Assembly (NCBI GenBank): GCA_963810645.1
Contig: CAWEOK010000016.1
Location: 60,280-124,279, forward strand
Origin: an uncultured Solirubrobacterales bacterium
Lineage (GTDB): Bacteria; Actinomycetota; Thermoleophilia; Solirubrobacterales; Solirubrobacteraceae
DNA: 64,000 nt
Direction of reading: 5' to 3'
The position numbers were made by a program, and so were the translations under genes. Each line of letters begins with the position of its first letter. Position 1 is the stretch's first letter. Below, in pieces: positions 10,336 to 20,154 of this stretch. Under the pieces are notes generated by a model. That model saw nothing but the letters and a program-made list of their open reading frames with translations. It had not been told where the DNA came from and did no database searches.

Positions 10336-10477
10336 CGATGGCGGTCACTATTGCAACGCGCGTTGCAGATCAAGGAACTCTCGACCGGACCCCGAGACAT
10401 GCGATTTCTGTACTATCAACCTCCAGTTGAGGTTTAGATCTTGGCCACAGGGATCGTGAGGGTGCGGGGATCGATGC

Positions 10478-11722
10478 TCAACCGCCCGGGGTCGTGCTGC
10501 CGATCGGAGATCGGCCAGCAGACGTTTCGGCGCTTGTGGACGAGCTCGCTCCAGTCGCTGACGGACCGGTCGTCGCGGTGGCGCCAGCGCCCGTGGAGCT
10601 CGCTTCAGTCGTGGGCGGGCTGGCCGCTTCGGTGGTGCCAGCGCCCGTTGAGCTCGCTTCAGTGCCAGTCGATCCGGAGCCGGACGACGCCGGTTCGCTG
10701 CCGGCGCCGGCGCCACTGCTCGCGCCGGTGCTCGGGCTCGTGCTGACGCCCGAATCGCCCGCGACGGCTGCTTCCAGGCCCGCGGCCAGTTCGGCGGCGG
10801 TGGCAGGGTTGGACGCGCTGGACGGTTCGGTTTCGGTGGTGCTCGCATCTGGACGAGTCGTGCCGGGCGCGAACCCCGCGGCCGGGCGTTCGGGCAGGCG
10901 TACATCGATGTAGGCGGCGCCCGCGGAGCTTGGGTCGGCGAGCACCCGCACGAGCGACAGCCACTTGGCATGCGGGCGGGTCGCGTCGCCGAAGTAAGCC
11001 AGCAAACCGCCGCGCAGCACCGCCGTCAGCCCCTGCGGCCCAAAGTACAGGTGCGTGACGGCCGGCACGAGCGCGGGCGGAGCCGCGCCCATCACGGTCA
11101 GCGCCTGGAGCAGGTACCCACTGCCGACGCTCTGTCCCACCACCGGCAGCGCTCCGGTGGCATCGGCCTTACCGGCGCTGAGCAGCGGCAGCGAGCTCGA
11201 CAGGTAGCTCGGTCCCAGCACAACCCCGTCGGCGGCCACGGCGGTACGGGCGCCTCCGAACGCGAGCGCCGCCACGGGGGGCTGCTCGACCACTTCGACG
11301 CGCAGTCCGTGAGGGAAGCTCGCGCGTGCCCGCACCGAGCGCACGATTGGATACTCAGCCACCGCGGCGCGTAATGCGGCGGGATTGACGGCGAGCGTGC
11401 TCATGCCATGGGCGGCCCCGGTCAGCGCCGTTTCGATCGCGGGGGTGTCCGCCCCGTGCACCGTCTGCAAGCCGTCGATCCGCACGTGCTCGACCCGGGT
11501 GAGCGCGGTGTGGCTCGCCAGCCACCATCCGCCGGCGAGCAGCGGTATCGCTACCAGCACGGCGATCAGCGCGATCCGCAGCGGCCGGCGCTCCCAGGCG
11601 AACGCGACCGTGTCGCGCGTGAGGTTGGCGGCCCCCCTCAGGGGGCGAGTCAGGCCGAATCTCGGACTCGCCGGTCTACGCAGCAGGCGACGTGGAGCAG
11701 GCGCGGCGATGGAACGTGCCAT
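10478..11722 (-). CDS. ftsQ: cell division protein FtsQ/DivIB-like (TM plus POTRA) with a long Ser/Thr/Gly/Ala-rich C-terminal tail
   Basis: Located between murB and ftsZ. It has an N-terminal basic region, a TM segment (IALIAVLVAIPLLAGGWWL) and the POTRA-like V.HVRIDGL. Confidence 0.75.
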   Translation of the reverse strand: MARSIAAPAPRRLLRRPASPRFGLTRPLRGAANLTRDTVAFAWERRPLRIALIAVLVAIPLLAGGWWLASHTALTRVEHVRIDGLQTVHGADTPAIETALTGAAHGMSTLAVNPAALRAAVAEYPIVRSVRARASFPHGLRVEVVEQPPVAALAFGGARTAVAADGVVLGPSYLSSSLPLLSAGKADATGALPVVGQSVGSGYLLQALTVMGAAPPALVPAVTHLYFGPQGLTAVLRGGLLAYFGDATRPHAKWLSLVRVLADPSSAGAAYIDVRLPERPAAGFAPGTTRPDASTTETEPSSASNPATAAELAAGLEAAVAGDSGVSTSPSTGASSGAGAGSEPASSGSGSTGTEASSTGAGTTEAASPPTTEASSTGAGATATTGPSATGASSSTSAETSAGRSPIGSTTPGG

Positions 11723-11754
11723 TCACGAGGTGTTCGACCTCACCGTACAAACCC

Positions 11755-12681
11755 CTACCACGGGAACCGCACGTCGCCCAGCGTCTGCACCTCGGGCTCG
11801 AGCTCGATCCCGAACCGCTCCTGCACGCAGCGGCGACCCTCGGCCATTACCGCGATCACGTCGGCAGTCGTCGCATCGCCGGTGTTCTCGACGAAGTTCG
11901 CGTGCTTCTCGGCGAACCGTGCGCCGCCGATGGTCAGACAGTTGCAGCCCGCCTCGGACAGGAGTTGCCCGGCCGTGCGACCCTCGGCGCGTGGGTCGTC
12001 TGGGTTGACGAACGTCGAGCCGAACGTCTTGATCCCCTGCGGCTGAGCCTCATGGCGGCGAGTGCGCATGTCGGCGAGCGTCGCCTTGACGGTGACCGGG
12101 TCGGATTCGGAGAGCTTCAGCGACGCGCGCGCGACGATCTCGCCGGTCGTGAGATTGGAGCGGCGGTATCCGAACCTGAGCTGCTCTGGCGTGCGGCGCT
12201 CGGTGCCCTCGGCCGTGACGACCTCCACCCACTGCAGTGTCCGCGCGAGCTCGCCGCCGTAGGCATTGGCGTTCATCCGCACCGCGCCGCCGACGGTGCC
12301 GGGGATGTTCACGCCGAACTCGATCCCCGCCAACCCCGCCTGGGCAGCGCGGGCCGCCACCGAGGGCAGTCGCGCGCCTCCGCCGCACACGATCCGATCG
12401 GGGCCCTCACGCTGGATCAGCGCGAGCTTGCGGTCGAGCTTGATCACCAGCCCGCGCACGCCCTCGTCGGCGATCAGCAGGTTCGAGCCCGACCCGACGA
12501 CGGCGACCGGCACGTTCGCGGCCTTCGCCCAGGCAAGCAGCTCGCGCAGTTGCGCATTGCTGCCGGCGCGGGCGAAGTACTCGGCCTCGCCGCCGGTGCG
12601 GATCGTCGCCATACGGGCCAGCGAGTAGTCCCGCTGCACGATCGACGGCACGGTTGTCGGCGCGTCCCTCGACTTAGGCAT
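11755..12681 (-). CDS. murB: UDP-N-acetylenolpyruvoylglucosamine reductase
   Basis: LARMATIRTGGEAEYF...VVGSGSNLL...GGA.F..KHANF..N. I prefer the ATG at 12679-12681, which gives an 8-nt overlap with murC. Confidence 0.9.
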   Translation of the reverse strand: MPKSRDAPTTVPSIVQRDYSLARMATIRTGGEAEYFARAGSNAQLRELLAWAKAANVPVAVVGSGSNLLIADEGVRGLVIKLDRKLALIQREGPDRIVCGGGARLPSVAARAAQAGLAGIEFGVNIPGTVGGAVRMNANAYGGELARTLQWVEVVTAEGTERRTPEQLRFGYRRSNLTTGEIVARASLKLSESDPVTVKATLADMRTRRHEAQPQGIKTFGSTFVNPDDPRAEGRTAGQLLSEAGCNCLTIGGARFAEKHANFVENTGDATTADVIAVMAEGRRCVQERFGIELEPEVQTLGDVRFPW

Positions 12682-14113
12682 CGCCGGTCTCCACCAATCG
12701 CCGCGCGAGCTGATCGACGTCACCGGCGCCCATCACCACGCATAGATCGCCCGCGCCCAGCAGCTCGCGCAGGACCGGCTCGGCGTCGACAAACGCCGGC
12801 AGCCAGTACACCGGCCTGCCCTGCCCGGCGTCGGCGGCGGCCTGAGCGACCAGCAGTCCCGTCACGCCCGGATGATCCTCGGCGCGCTCGCGCGCCGGGT
12901 ACACGTCGAGCACGACCATCACATCCGCTTGACCCAGCGCCGCGCCGAGCTCCCTGGCGAACATTTGCGTGCGTGAGAACAGGTGCGGCTGGAACACCGC
13001 CACCAGACGTTCGTGCTCCAGAGTGCGCGCCGCCGTCAGCGTCGCCGCAACCTCGGTCGGGTGATGGGCGTAGTCGTCATACACGCGCGCCGCGCGCGCG
13101 GTCGCGCCGACCAGCTGGAACCGCCTGCCGGCGCCGTGAAACTCGGCGAGGCCGGCAACGGTCCGCTCCTCGTCAGCCCCCGCAAGCCGGGCCGCCTCCA
13201 GCGCAGCCGTGGCGTCCAGCGCGTTGTGCGCGCCCGGCACGCTCAGCGCGACCTCGTGACCGCGCCAGTCAAAGCGGGAGCCACCGTCCGCGAGCGCCGG
13301 CTCAGGCGCGTCGTAGGGGATGACCTCGATACCCACCGACGTCTTCCACGCGGCCTCGCCTCGCGTGTCCGGCGCAAGCGCCCCGCCGGGGACCAGCTCG
13401 AGCAACTCGGGCCGGTCCCATATGACGATCCCCGCCCGCGCCCGGGCCAGGAACGCGCGAAACGTCTCGCGCAGCTCGACCAGTGAGCCGAACGTCGCGT
13501 GGTGATCGAGCTCGACGTTCGTCAGCACCGCGATCTCGACGTCCAGCATCAGCATCGAGCGGTCGGACTCATCGGCCTCGACGACCAGCCACTCGCCCTC
13601 TCCGGCCCAGTGCGCGTTGGCCTGCCCCTCCCCCACGGACCCGCCGACGAGCCAATCGGGCTTCATGCCGGCCGCGCGCAGCGCACACACGAGCATCGCC
13701 GAGCTCGTCGTCTTGCCGTGCGTGCCCGCCACCGCGATCGTCCGTCTCAGCGCGCTCAGCTCGCCCAGCAGCTCCGCCCGCGTGCGCTCGGGCAAGCCAC
13801 GCTCGCGGGCCGCCACGCGCTCGGGGTTCTCGGGCGGTATCGCGCTGGAGTAGACGACCTCCACGTCCTCGCCGTCCGGCACGTTCGCCGCGTCGTGCAC
13901 GCCGATCCGTGCCTGCAGCACACCGTCGGCCTGCAATCGCTCGACGTACGGGGATGCGAGCTGATCAGACCCGCTGACCTGTGCTCCCAGAGCGTGCGCA
14001 GCGCGCACGTATCCACTCATACCCGCTCCACCGACGCCGACTATGTGCAGTCGCCGACCGCTCCAGGGGCGCTCGGGCGAGGTGGTGTTGCCGGCGCCAT
14101 CGGACTCGGTCAT
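12674..14113 (-). CDS. murC: UDP-N-acetylmuramate--L-alanine ligase
   Basis: HIVGVGGAGMSGY and VAGTHGKTTSSAM (Mur ligase P-loop). The start is the ATG at 14111-14113. Confidence 0.95.
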   Translation of the reverse strand: MTESDGAGNTTSPERPWSGRRLHIVGVGGAGMSGYVRAAHALGAQVSGSDQLASPYVERLQADGVLQARIGVHDAANVPDGEDVEVVYSSAIPPENPERVAARERGLPERTRAELLGELSALRRTIAVAGTHGKTTSSAMLVCALRAAGMKPDWLVGGSVGEGQANAHWAGEGEWLVVEADESDRSMLMLDVEIAVLTNVELDHHATFGSLVELRETFRAFLARARAGIVIWDRPELLELVPGGALAPDTRGEAAWKTSVGIEVIPYDAPEPALADGGSRFDWRGHEVALSVPGAHNALDATAALEAARLAGADEERTVAGLAEFHGAGRRFQLVGATARAARVYDDYAHHPTEVAATLTAARTLEHERLVAVFQPHLFSRTQMFARELGAALGQADVMVVLDVYPARERAEDHPGVTGLLVAQAAADAGQGRPVYWLPAFVDAEPVLRELLGAGDLCVVMGAGDVDQLARRLVETGDA

Positions 14114-14129
14114 GTGAGCTCCGTGCCGC

Positions 14130-15230
14130 TCATCTGCTCGCCGCCACACCGCTCACGTCCGCCGCGGACACGCCGGCCGCCTGCAGCAGCTCGTCCGCGA
14201 CCTCGCGTGCTGCCTCGGGACGCGCGAGACTCCGCGACGCCCGTGCCATCGCGGCCAGTCGTACCCGGTCGCCCAGCAACACCGCGACCTCGCTTGCCAG
14301 ACGCTCACCGCTCAGCTCGGCGTCGGGGATCACAACCGCCGCTCCCGCGTCCGCCATCCAGCGGGCGTTCGCGGTCTGATGATCGGCGGAGGCGTATGGG
14401 TACGGGACCAGGATCGCGGGCAACCCATACGCCGCGATCTCGAACACCGACCCCCCCGAGCGCGCTATGACCAGGTCGGCGGCGGCCAGCGCTTGCGCGA
14501 GCTCGTCCAGGTTCAGATACTCGCGCAGGTCATACCTCGGCGGCAGCTCGCGTCCGGCCAGTTCGGGATAGTCGCGCCGACCGGCGATGTGCAGCACATG
14601 AAATGCGCCGTTCGCAAATGCATCGATCGCGGCCAGGTTGATCGAGCGCGCGCCCAGCGAGCCGCCGAACACGAGCACGCACGTTTCCCCCTCTGCGATC
14701 CCGAACCGGACTCGCGCGGTGGTTCGATCGGCATCCGGTACGGGGATCGGCCGGCCGGTGACGCGGTAGCGCGATCCCTCACGACCGGAGATCGCGAACG
14801 CCAGACACACCCGCCGCGCGCCGCGCGCCAGCAGGCGGTTGGCCAGCCCGAGATGGCTGTCGGCCTCGGTCAACACGAGCGGGATCCTCAGGCTCAGCGC
14901 GGCCAGTCCGACCGGCGCGGTCACGTACCCGCCGCCGCCGAGCACGGCGTCTGGGCGCAACTCCTTCAGGATCGCCCGTGTCCTCGGGACGGCCAACACC
15001 GCGCGCACCAGCGCGCGGATCGCATGCAACGGATTGCTGCGGCTCACGCCTTCGACCGCGATCGTGTGCAGCTCATACCCCGCCTTCGGCACTAGCTCGG
15101 CCTCGGCACGGTCCCCACCGATGAACGCGACCTCGGCGCCGTCAGCCCGCAGCGCGTCTGCCACCGCCAGCGCCGGCGCCACGTGCCCGGCGGTTCCCCC
15201 CGCGGCGATCGCGATCCTCGTCTGTGTCAC
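14130..15230 (-). CDS. murG: undecaprenyldiphospho-muramoylpentapeptide beta-N-acetylglucosaminyltransferase
   Basis: IAIAAGGTAGHV.PALAVA and ARSGGS...E. The likely GTG start is at 15228-15230, which overlaps the ftsW 3' end. Confidence 0.9.
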   Translation of the reverse strand: MTQTRIAIAAGGTAGHVAPALAVADALRADGAEVAFIGGDRAEAELVPKAGYELHTIAVEGVSRSNPLHAIRALVRAVLAVPRTRAILKELRPDAVLGGGGYVTAPVGLAALSLRIPLVLTEADSHLGLANRLLARGARRVCLAFAISGREGSRYRVTGRPIPVPDADRTTARVRFGIAEGETCVLVFGGSLGARSINLAAIDAFANGAFHVLHIAGRRDYPELAGRELPPRYDLREYLNLDELAQALAAADLVIARSGGSVFEIAAYGLPAILVPYPYASADHQTANARWMADAGAAVVIPDAELSGERLASEVAVLLGDRVRLAAMARASRSLARPEAAREVADELLQAAGVSAADVSGVAASR

Positions 15231-16407
15231 GGCCCCATCCTGCCGGTTTTCGCGCTCTCGTCGCAGTTCGAGTCGGCACGGCCCGCACATGCGCCGTTCC
15301 GCCCGCGGCCACGTTCAGCAGCAACCCCATCGACGCAAGCATCACGATCAGGCTGCTCGACCCGTAGGACACGAACGGCAGCGGCACGCCCGTCAGCGGC
15401 GCCAACCCGAGCACGGCGAACACGTTCAGCAACGCTTGGGAGACGATCAGCGAGGTGACGCCGACCGCGATCAGCGCGCTGTGCAGGCTGCGCGCCGCTT
15501 TGGCCACGCGCAGGCCGGCATAGGCGATCAGCCCGTACAGAAACAGCAGCGCGCACACCCCGACCACGCCCAGCTCCTCGGCGATCACGGCCAGGATGAA
15601 GTCCGTCGGCGCCTCCGGCAGGTAGAACACCTTCTGCACCGACTGGCCCGGCCCGACGCCGAACAGCCCGCCCGAGCCGATCGCGATCTGACCCTGGACG
15701 GCCTGAAACCCGCTGCCCGAGGCGTGCGCCCAGGGGTCGATGAACGAGGTCAGCCGCGCGCGCTCATACGGCCTGGCGAGCGCGTACAGGAACACCACTG
15801 CACACGTGACACCGGCGATGATCGCCAGGTTGCGCGCCGGGATGCCGGCCGCCACGAGCAGCGCAGCGGTCGTGAACGCGATCGTCATCGCGGTCCCGAG
15901 ATCGGGCTCGGTCGCCACCAGCAGACAGGCGCCCCCCACGACGATCAGCAGCGGCTTGGCCAGCTCGCGCAGGTCGTGCACCCGCTGGGGACGGCGGGCG
16001 AGCAGCGTCGCACCGTACAGCACGAGCGCGAGCTTGAGCAGCTCCGAGGGCTGGAACTGCAGCTGGCTCGGGCCGATCCAGCGCCGCGCGCCGTTGACCG
16101 ACACTCCTATGTGCGGGATGTGCACCGCCAGCACGAGCCCGAACGACACGGCCAGCAGCGGCGCGACGAACGTCTGCGCTTTGGCGACCCCGTCGCGGGC
16201 GAGCACGCGCATCACGACCAACCCGACCGCGCCGTAGGCGACGAACTTGATCAGATAGCTGCTGCCGTCGCCTTCGCCCTGCAGCAGCGCGGTGGCCGAG
16301 GTCGCGCTGTAGACCATCACCGCGCCGTACGCCAGCAGGCACATCGTGGCGGTGATCAGGATCCGATACTCGAGCGTGCTCTGCTGCCTGCGGGCGGCCT
16401 TTGCCAT
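15142..16407 (-). CDS. ftsW: SEDS-family peptidoglycan glycosyltransferase FtsW
   Basis: Polytopic membrane protein with PSELLK and LPEA.TDFI motifs, in the dcw position for ftsW, with an Arg/Gly-rich C-terminal tail. Confidence 0.9.
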   Translation of the reverse strand: MAKAARRQQSTLEYRILITATMCLLAYGAVMVYSATSATALLQGEGDGSSYLIKFVAYGAVGLVVMRVLARDGVAKAQTFVAPLLAVSFGLVLAVHIPHIGVSVNGARRWIGPSQLQFQPSELLKLALVLYGATLLARRPQRVHDLRELAKPLLIVVGGACLLVATEPDLGTAMTIAFTTAALLVAAGIPARNLAIIAGVTCAVVFLYALARPYERARLTSFIDPWAHASGSGFQAVQGQIAIGSGGLFGVGPGQSVQKVFYLPEAPTDFILAVIAEELGVVGVCALLFLYGLIAYAGLRVAKAARSLHSALIAVGVTSLIVSQALLNVFAVLGLAPLTGVPLPFVSYGSSSLIVMLASMGLLLNVAAGGTAHVRAVPTRTATRARKPAGWGRDTDEDRDRRGGNRRARGAGAGGGRRAAG

Positions 16408-16441
16408 CCGTGCTGACTTCTACACGTACGTGCGGATGCCT

Positions 16442-17773
16442 CTACTGGAGCAACTCCCTGAACCGCTCGCCGCGGGCTTCGTAGTCCTTGAACTGGTCGT
16501 AGCTTGCGCAGGCCGGGGACAGCAGCACCACGTCTCCGGGCCGCGCGGTGGCTTTGGCGGCGGCTACCGCGTGCTCGAGGTCCCCACATTCCTTGACTTG
16601 CACATCCACACCTTCCAGCGCCGCGGCGATCGACTCGGCGTCTTCGCCGATCGTGTACACCGCCTTGCAGCTGTCCTTGACCGGGTCGCGCAGGGCCGAG
16701 AAGTCCTGACCCTTACCCTGGCCGCCGAGGATCAGGTGGACGATCCTTCCCCCGCGCCCGTACGGGCTGTCGGTGGCCCCGGGGGCTTCGGTGGTCCTGG
16801 TGGGCTTGGCGGTGCCGGCATCGGGCGTATACGCGTCGAGCGCGACGAGCGTGCTGGCGACGTTCGTGGCCTTCGAGTCGTTCACGTACACCACCCCCTC
16901 CTTGCGCGCCACCTCCTCCAGGCGGTGCTTCACGCCTTTGAACGTGTGCAGACCCTCGCGCACGGCTTCTATGTCGACCCCGCGCGCGAGACATACGGCC
17001 GCGGCGGCCATCGCGTTCTGGACGTTATGCCTTCCGCGCAGGCCTATCTCCCATGCCTTTACATCCCCGGCATCCCATCTCACCTGCCGGGCGTGACCCG
17101 GGATCGCGATGTCGAGATCCGCCGGGACGACCGCGATGTCGTCCGCGGTCTGGTGCTCGAAGATCTTGAGCTTTACAGCGAGATAGGCGGCGACGGTGCC
17201 GTGCCTGTCCAGATGATCGGGACTGATGTTCAGCAGCACCGCCGCCTCGGGCGCGAACCCGTCCGCGTCTTCCAGCTGGAACGACGACGCCTCGCACACG
17301 ACCGTCGTCTTCGAATCGATCCTTTTCACGAGACCGCTCAACGCGGCGCCCACGTTGCCCGCGACGGCGACCGGAAGGCCCGCGGCACGGTGGATGTGCC
17401 CGATCCACTCGACCGTCGTCGTCTTGCCGTTCGTACCGGTCACGGCGATCACCTCGTTCCCCAGCAACCGCCATCCGAGCTCCAGCTCCCCCAGGACCGG
17501 CATCTTTCGCGCGAGCGCCTCTGCGATCACCGGCGCCTCTCTTGGCACGCCCGGGCTCTTGACGATTGTCCCGACCAGGCCCAGCAGCGCCACCCCGTCC
17601 TCGCCGGTGTGCAGCTCCACCCCGGCCTGCGCCAGCTCTCCCAGACCGTCCGGCCTCCCCGCGTCCACGCCGATCACGCGCTCGCCCCGCTCGCGCAACG
17701 CCCTTGCCGCCGCCACCCCCGAGCGGGCCAGCCCGACCACCAGATACGGTCCTCCGGGCAGCTCCGGTCTCAA
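16442..17773 (-). CDS. murD: UDP-N-acetylmuramoylalanine--D-glutamate ligase
   Basis: YLVVGLARSGVAAARAL and VTGTNGKTTT. A TTG at 17771-17773 gives a 4-nt overlap with the mraY stop. The 693-aa maximal ORF extends through mraY in another frame. Confidence 0.88.
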   Translation of the reverse strand: MRPELPGGPYLVVGLARSGVAAARALRERGERVIGVDAGRPDGLGELAQAGVELHTGEDGVALLGLVGTIVKSPGVPREAPVIAEALARKMPVLGELELGWRLLGNEVIAVTGTNGKTTTVEWIGHIHRAAGLPVAVAGNVGAALSGLVKRIDSKTTVVCEASSFQLEDADGFAPEAAVLLNISPDHLDRHGTVAAYLAVKLKIFEHQTADDIAVVPADLDIAIPGHARQVRWDAGDVKAWEIGLRGRHNVQNAMAAAAVCLARGVDIEAVREGLHTFKGVKHRLEEVARKEGVVYVNDSKATNVASTLVALDAYTPDAGTAKPTRTTEAPGATDSPYGRGGRIVHLILGGQGKGQDFSALRDPVKDSCKAVYTIGEDAESIAAALEGVDVQVKECGDLEHAVAAAKATARPGDVVLLSPACASYDQFKDYEARGERFRELLQ

Positions 17774-18738
17774 CGGATGCTCTGGTGATAGATCGTGAAC
17801 CCGATCGCGCAACAGATCGACGCCACGATCCAAAACCGCAGGATGATCTTCGTCTCCGACCAGCCCTTCAGCTCGAAGTGGTGGTGTATCGGGGCCATCA
17901 GGAATACTCGCCGGCGGGTCATTTGGAACGAGATCACCTGGATCGCGACCGACAGCGCCTCGATCACGAAGATCCCGCCCAGCAGAATCAGCAGCACCTC
18001 CGTGTGCGTCATCACCGCCAGTCCCGCGATCGCGCCGCCCAGCCCGAGCGAGCCGGTGTCGCCCATGAATATCGTCGCCGGGAACGCGTTGAACCACAAA
18101 AACCCGATGCACGCGCCGACCAGGCACCCCGCGAGCATCGCCAGATCGTAGTCTTCGGTCACGAACGCGATCCCGACGTACGCCAGCAGCACGATCGCCG
18201 CGCACCCCGCCGCCAGCCCGTCCAGGCCGTCCGTGAGGTTGACCGCGCTCGTGGTCCCGGCGACGACGAGGTAGATCAACAGTGGATAGAACGGTCCGGG
18301 CAATTCGACCGAGTAGTCGACGATCCGCAGTCGCAGCACGCTCGCGAGATGCGCCTCGTGACTGGCGACGAACCACAGCCCGAGCGAGATTGCGATCGTG
18401 ATCGCCAGCTTCGTGCGTGCCCTGAGACCGAGCGATCGCCTGCGCACGAGCTTCGTGTAGTCGTCGGCGAACCCGAGCATCGCGCACGCGATCATCGCCC
18501 CGAACACGCCGATCGAGCGCCATTCGTAGTTCGTCAATATCAGGAACGGCACCGCCACCGCGATCATCACGATGATCCCGCCCATCGTCGGCGTCCCCGC
18601 CTTCTGATGGTGCCCCTCCGGGCCGTCCTCTCTGATGTGCTGGCCGAACTCGCGCCGTCTCAGGAACGCGATGAACTTCGGGCTCAGGAATATGCAGATC
18701 AGCAGCGCGCTCGTGCCCCCGAACAGAATCCTCCCCAT
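17770..18738 (-). CDS. mraY: phospho-N-acetylmuramoyl-pentapeptide transferase
   Basis: KAGTPTMGG, NLTDGLDGLA and FMGDTGSLGLGG motifs. Confidence 0.95.
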   Translation of the reverse strand: MGRILFGGTSALLICIFLSPKFIAFLRRREFGQHIREDGPEGHHQKAGTPTMGGIIVMIAVAVPFLILTNYEWRSIGVFGAMIACAMLGFADDYTKLVRRRSLGLRARTKLAITIAISLGLWFVASHEAHLASVLRLRIVDYSVELPGPFYPLLIYLVVAGTTSAVNLTDGLDGLAAGCAAIVLLAYVGIAFVTEDYDLAMLAGCLVGACIGFLWFNAFPATIFMGDTGSLGLGGAIAGLAVMTHTEVLLILLGGIFVIEALSVAIQVISFQMTRRRVFLMAPIHHHFELKGWSETKIILRFWIVASICCAIGFTIYHQSIR

Positions 18739-20154
18739 TCAGACCCCGCCCGTCTGGGCCGGCTCCGGGACGGTCAACGCCTCCGCGACTCGCTCCAACC
18801 CCACGCCGCGCGAGCCCTTGACCAGCACCGTATCCCCGGGCCTGACCAGCTTCTCCAGCAGCTCGGCGGCGGCGTCTGCATCGGGCACTGCGTGGGTCTC
18901 GCCTGCGAATGTCTTGGCCATCTCGGATGCGATCCCGCCGACTGTGATGAGCACGTCCACCCCGTTTTCGGCCGCGTACTCGCCGATCTCGCGGTGGTAG
19001 CGACCCGCTTCTCGCCCCAGCTCGAGCATGTCCCCGAGCACCGCGACCTTGCGCCCGGGCGTCGTCGTCGCAAGGTCGTCGATCGCGGCTCGCATTGACA
19101 TCGGGTTGGCGTTGTAGCAGTCCTCGATCAGCACTCCTCTTCCTCCCGGCAGCTCTTTGCGCTCGCCGCGCATCTTCGAGAACCGCACCCTAACCTCGCC
19201 TTCGGGCGTAACCCCGAGCGCCCTTGCCGCCGCCACGGCCGCAGGCAGATTCCTCTGCAGGTTGACCGCCTGTTTGAACGACACTTTCAGGACGATCTCC
19301 TCGCCGCCGTCGTCGATCACCGCCTCCCCGTCCTCGTTGCATCCCTTCAGCAGCACATCGCCGCCCGGGCCGAACGTGACCGTCTCCACGTCCTTTCGGC
19401 GATACGGCTCCAGTAGCGGCTCATCCGCCGGTACGACCACGGTCGTTCCGGGCGCCAGCTCTGCGATCAGCTCGGCCTTGGCCTCGGCCACCCCCTCGAT
19501 CGAGCCCATCTGCTCCAGGTGCACGGGCCCCACGTTGACGATCACCCCCACGTCCGGCTCGGCGATCTTCGTCAGCTCGGCGATCTGGCCCTTCCCGCGC
19601 ATCGCCATCTCGAGCACCAGCGCCTCGGTCTTTGCGGGCGCACTCAGGATCGCCAGCGGCAACCCGATCTCGGTGTTCTGATTCTCCGGGCTCGCGACCG
19701 TTTTGAGGTGCCCAGCCAGCAGTGCCGCGACGATGTCCTTGGTCGAGGTCTTCCCCGTCGATCCGGTCACCGCCACCACCCTTGCGCCGTCTTCCCGCAG
19801 CTCCTTCAGCCATGCCTTGGCCAGCTCTTGTAGCCCTTCCAGCGGGTTTACGTGTGCGAGCACCACGCCTTCCAGATGCACCCCATCCCCCCCGTCGTCC
19901 TTTGCACTTGCGATCGACTTCGCGTGCTCGGGTTTGACCAACACCCCCCATGCCCCGGCCTGCATTGCCTGCACCGCATACCTTCCGCCGTCCGCGTGCT
20001 CGCCCTCCAGACCGACGAACAACTCGCCCGGCCCGACCGTCCTCGAGTCGATGCTCACGTTTTCGGGTCCGGTTGGTCGTGCTTGCCCTCGTGGCCGACC
20101 CACGACTTTTGCCCCGGCCGCTTGCGCGACCCTCTCGATCTCCCAGATCCTCAT
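18739..20154 (-). CDS. murF: UDP-N-acetylmuramoyl-tripeptide--D-alanyl-D-alanine ligase
   Basis: VTGSTGKTSTKD (Mur ligase P-loop), between murE and mraY. Confidence 0.9.
   Translation of the reverse strand: MRIWEIERVAQAAGAKVVGRPRGQARPTGPENVSIDSRTVGPGELFVGLEGEHADGGRYAVQAMQAGAWGVLVKPEHAKSIASAKDDGGDGVHLEGVVLAHVNPLEGLQELAKAWLKELREDGARVVAVTGSTGKTSTKDIVAALLAGHLKTVASPENQNTEIGLPLAILSAPAKTEALVLEMAMRGKGQIAELTKIAEPDVGVIVNVGPVHLEQMGSIEGVAEAKAELIAELAPGTTVVVPADEPLLEPYRRKDVETVTFGPGGDVLLKGCNEDGEAVIDDGGEEIVLKVSFKQAVNLQRNLPAAVAAARALGVTPEGEVRVRFSKMRGERKELPGGRGVLIEDCYNANPMSMRAAIDDLATTTPGRKVAVLGDMLELGREAGRYHREIGEYAAENGVDVLITVGGIASEMAKTFAGETHAVPDADAAAELLEKLVRPGDTVLVKGSRGVGLERVAEALTVPEPAQTGGV

Noticed and set aside
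11692-13323. 543-aa + ORF, with similar long + ORFs at 14839-16416, 16346-17788, 17566-19098, 21432-23192, 24035-25390, 40647-42242, 45265-47130 and 49093-50568
   Set aside because: All are antisense to well-supported minus-strand genes (mur/fts, rsmH, ecfA, oxidoreductase, VirB6-like). They have low-complexity Arg/Pro/Ala-rich translations and no recognisable motifs.
17774-18523. N-terminal 250 aa of the 693-aa maximal murD ORF
   Set aside because: This part overlaps mraY in another frame and is Arg/Asp/Gly-rich. The MurD Rossmann motif starts right after the TTG at 17773, which overlaps the mraY stop.
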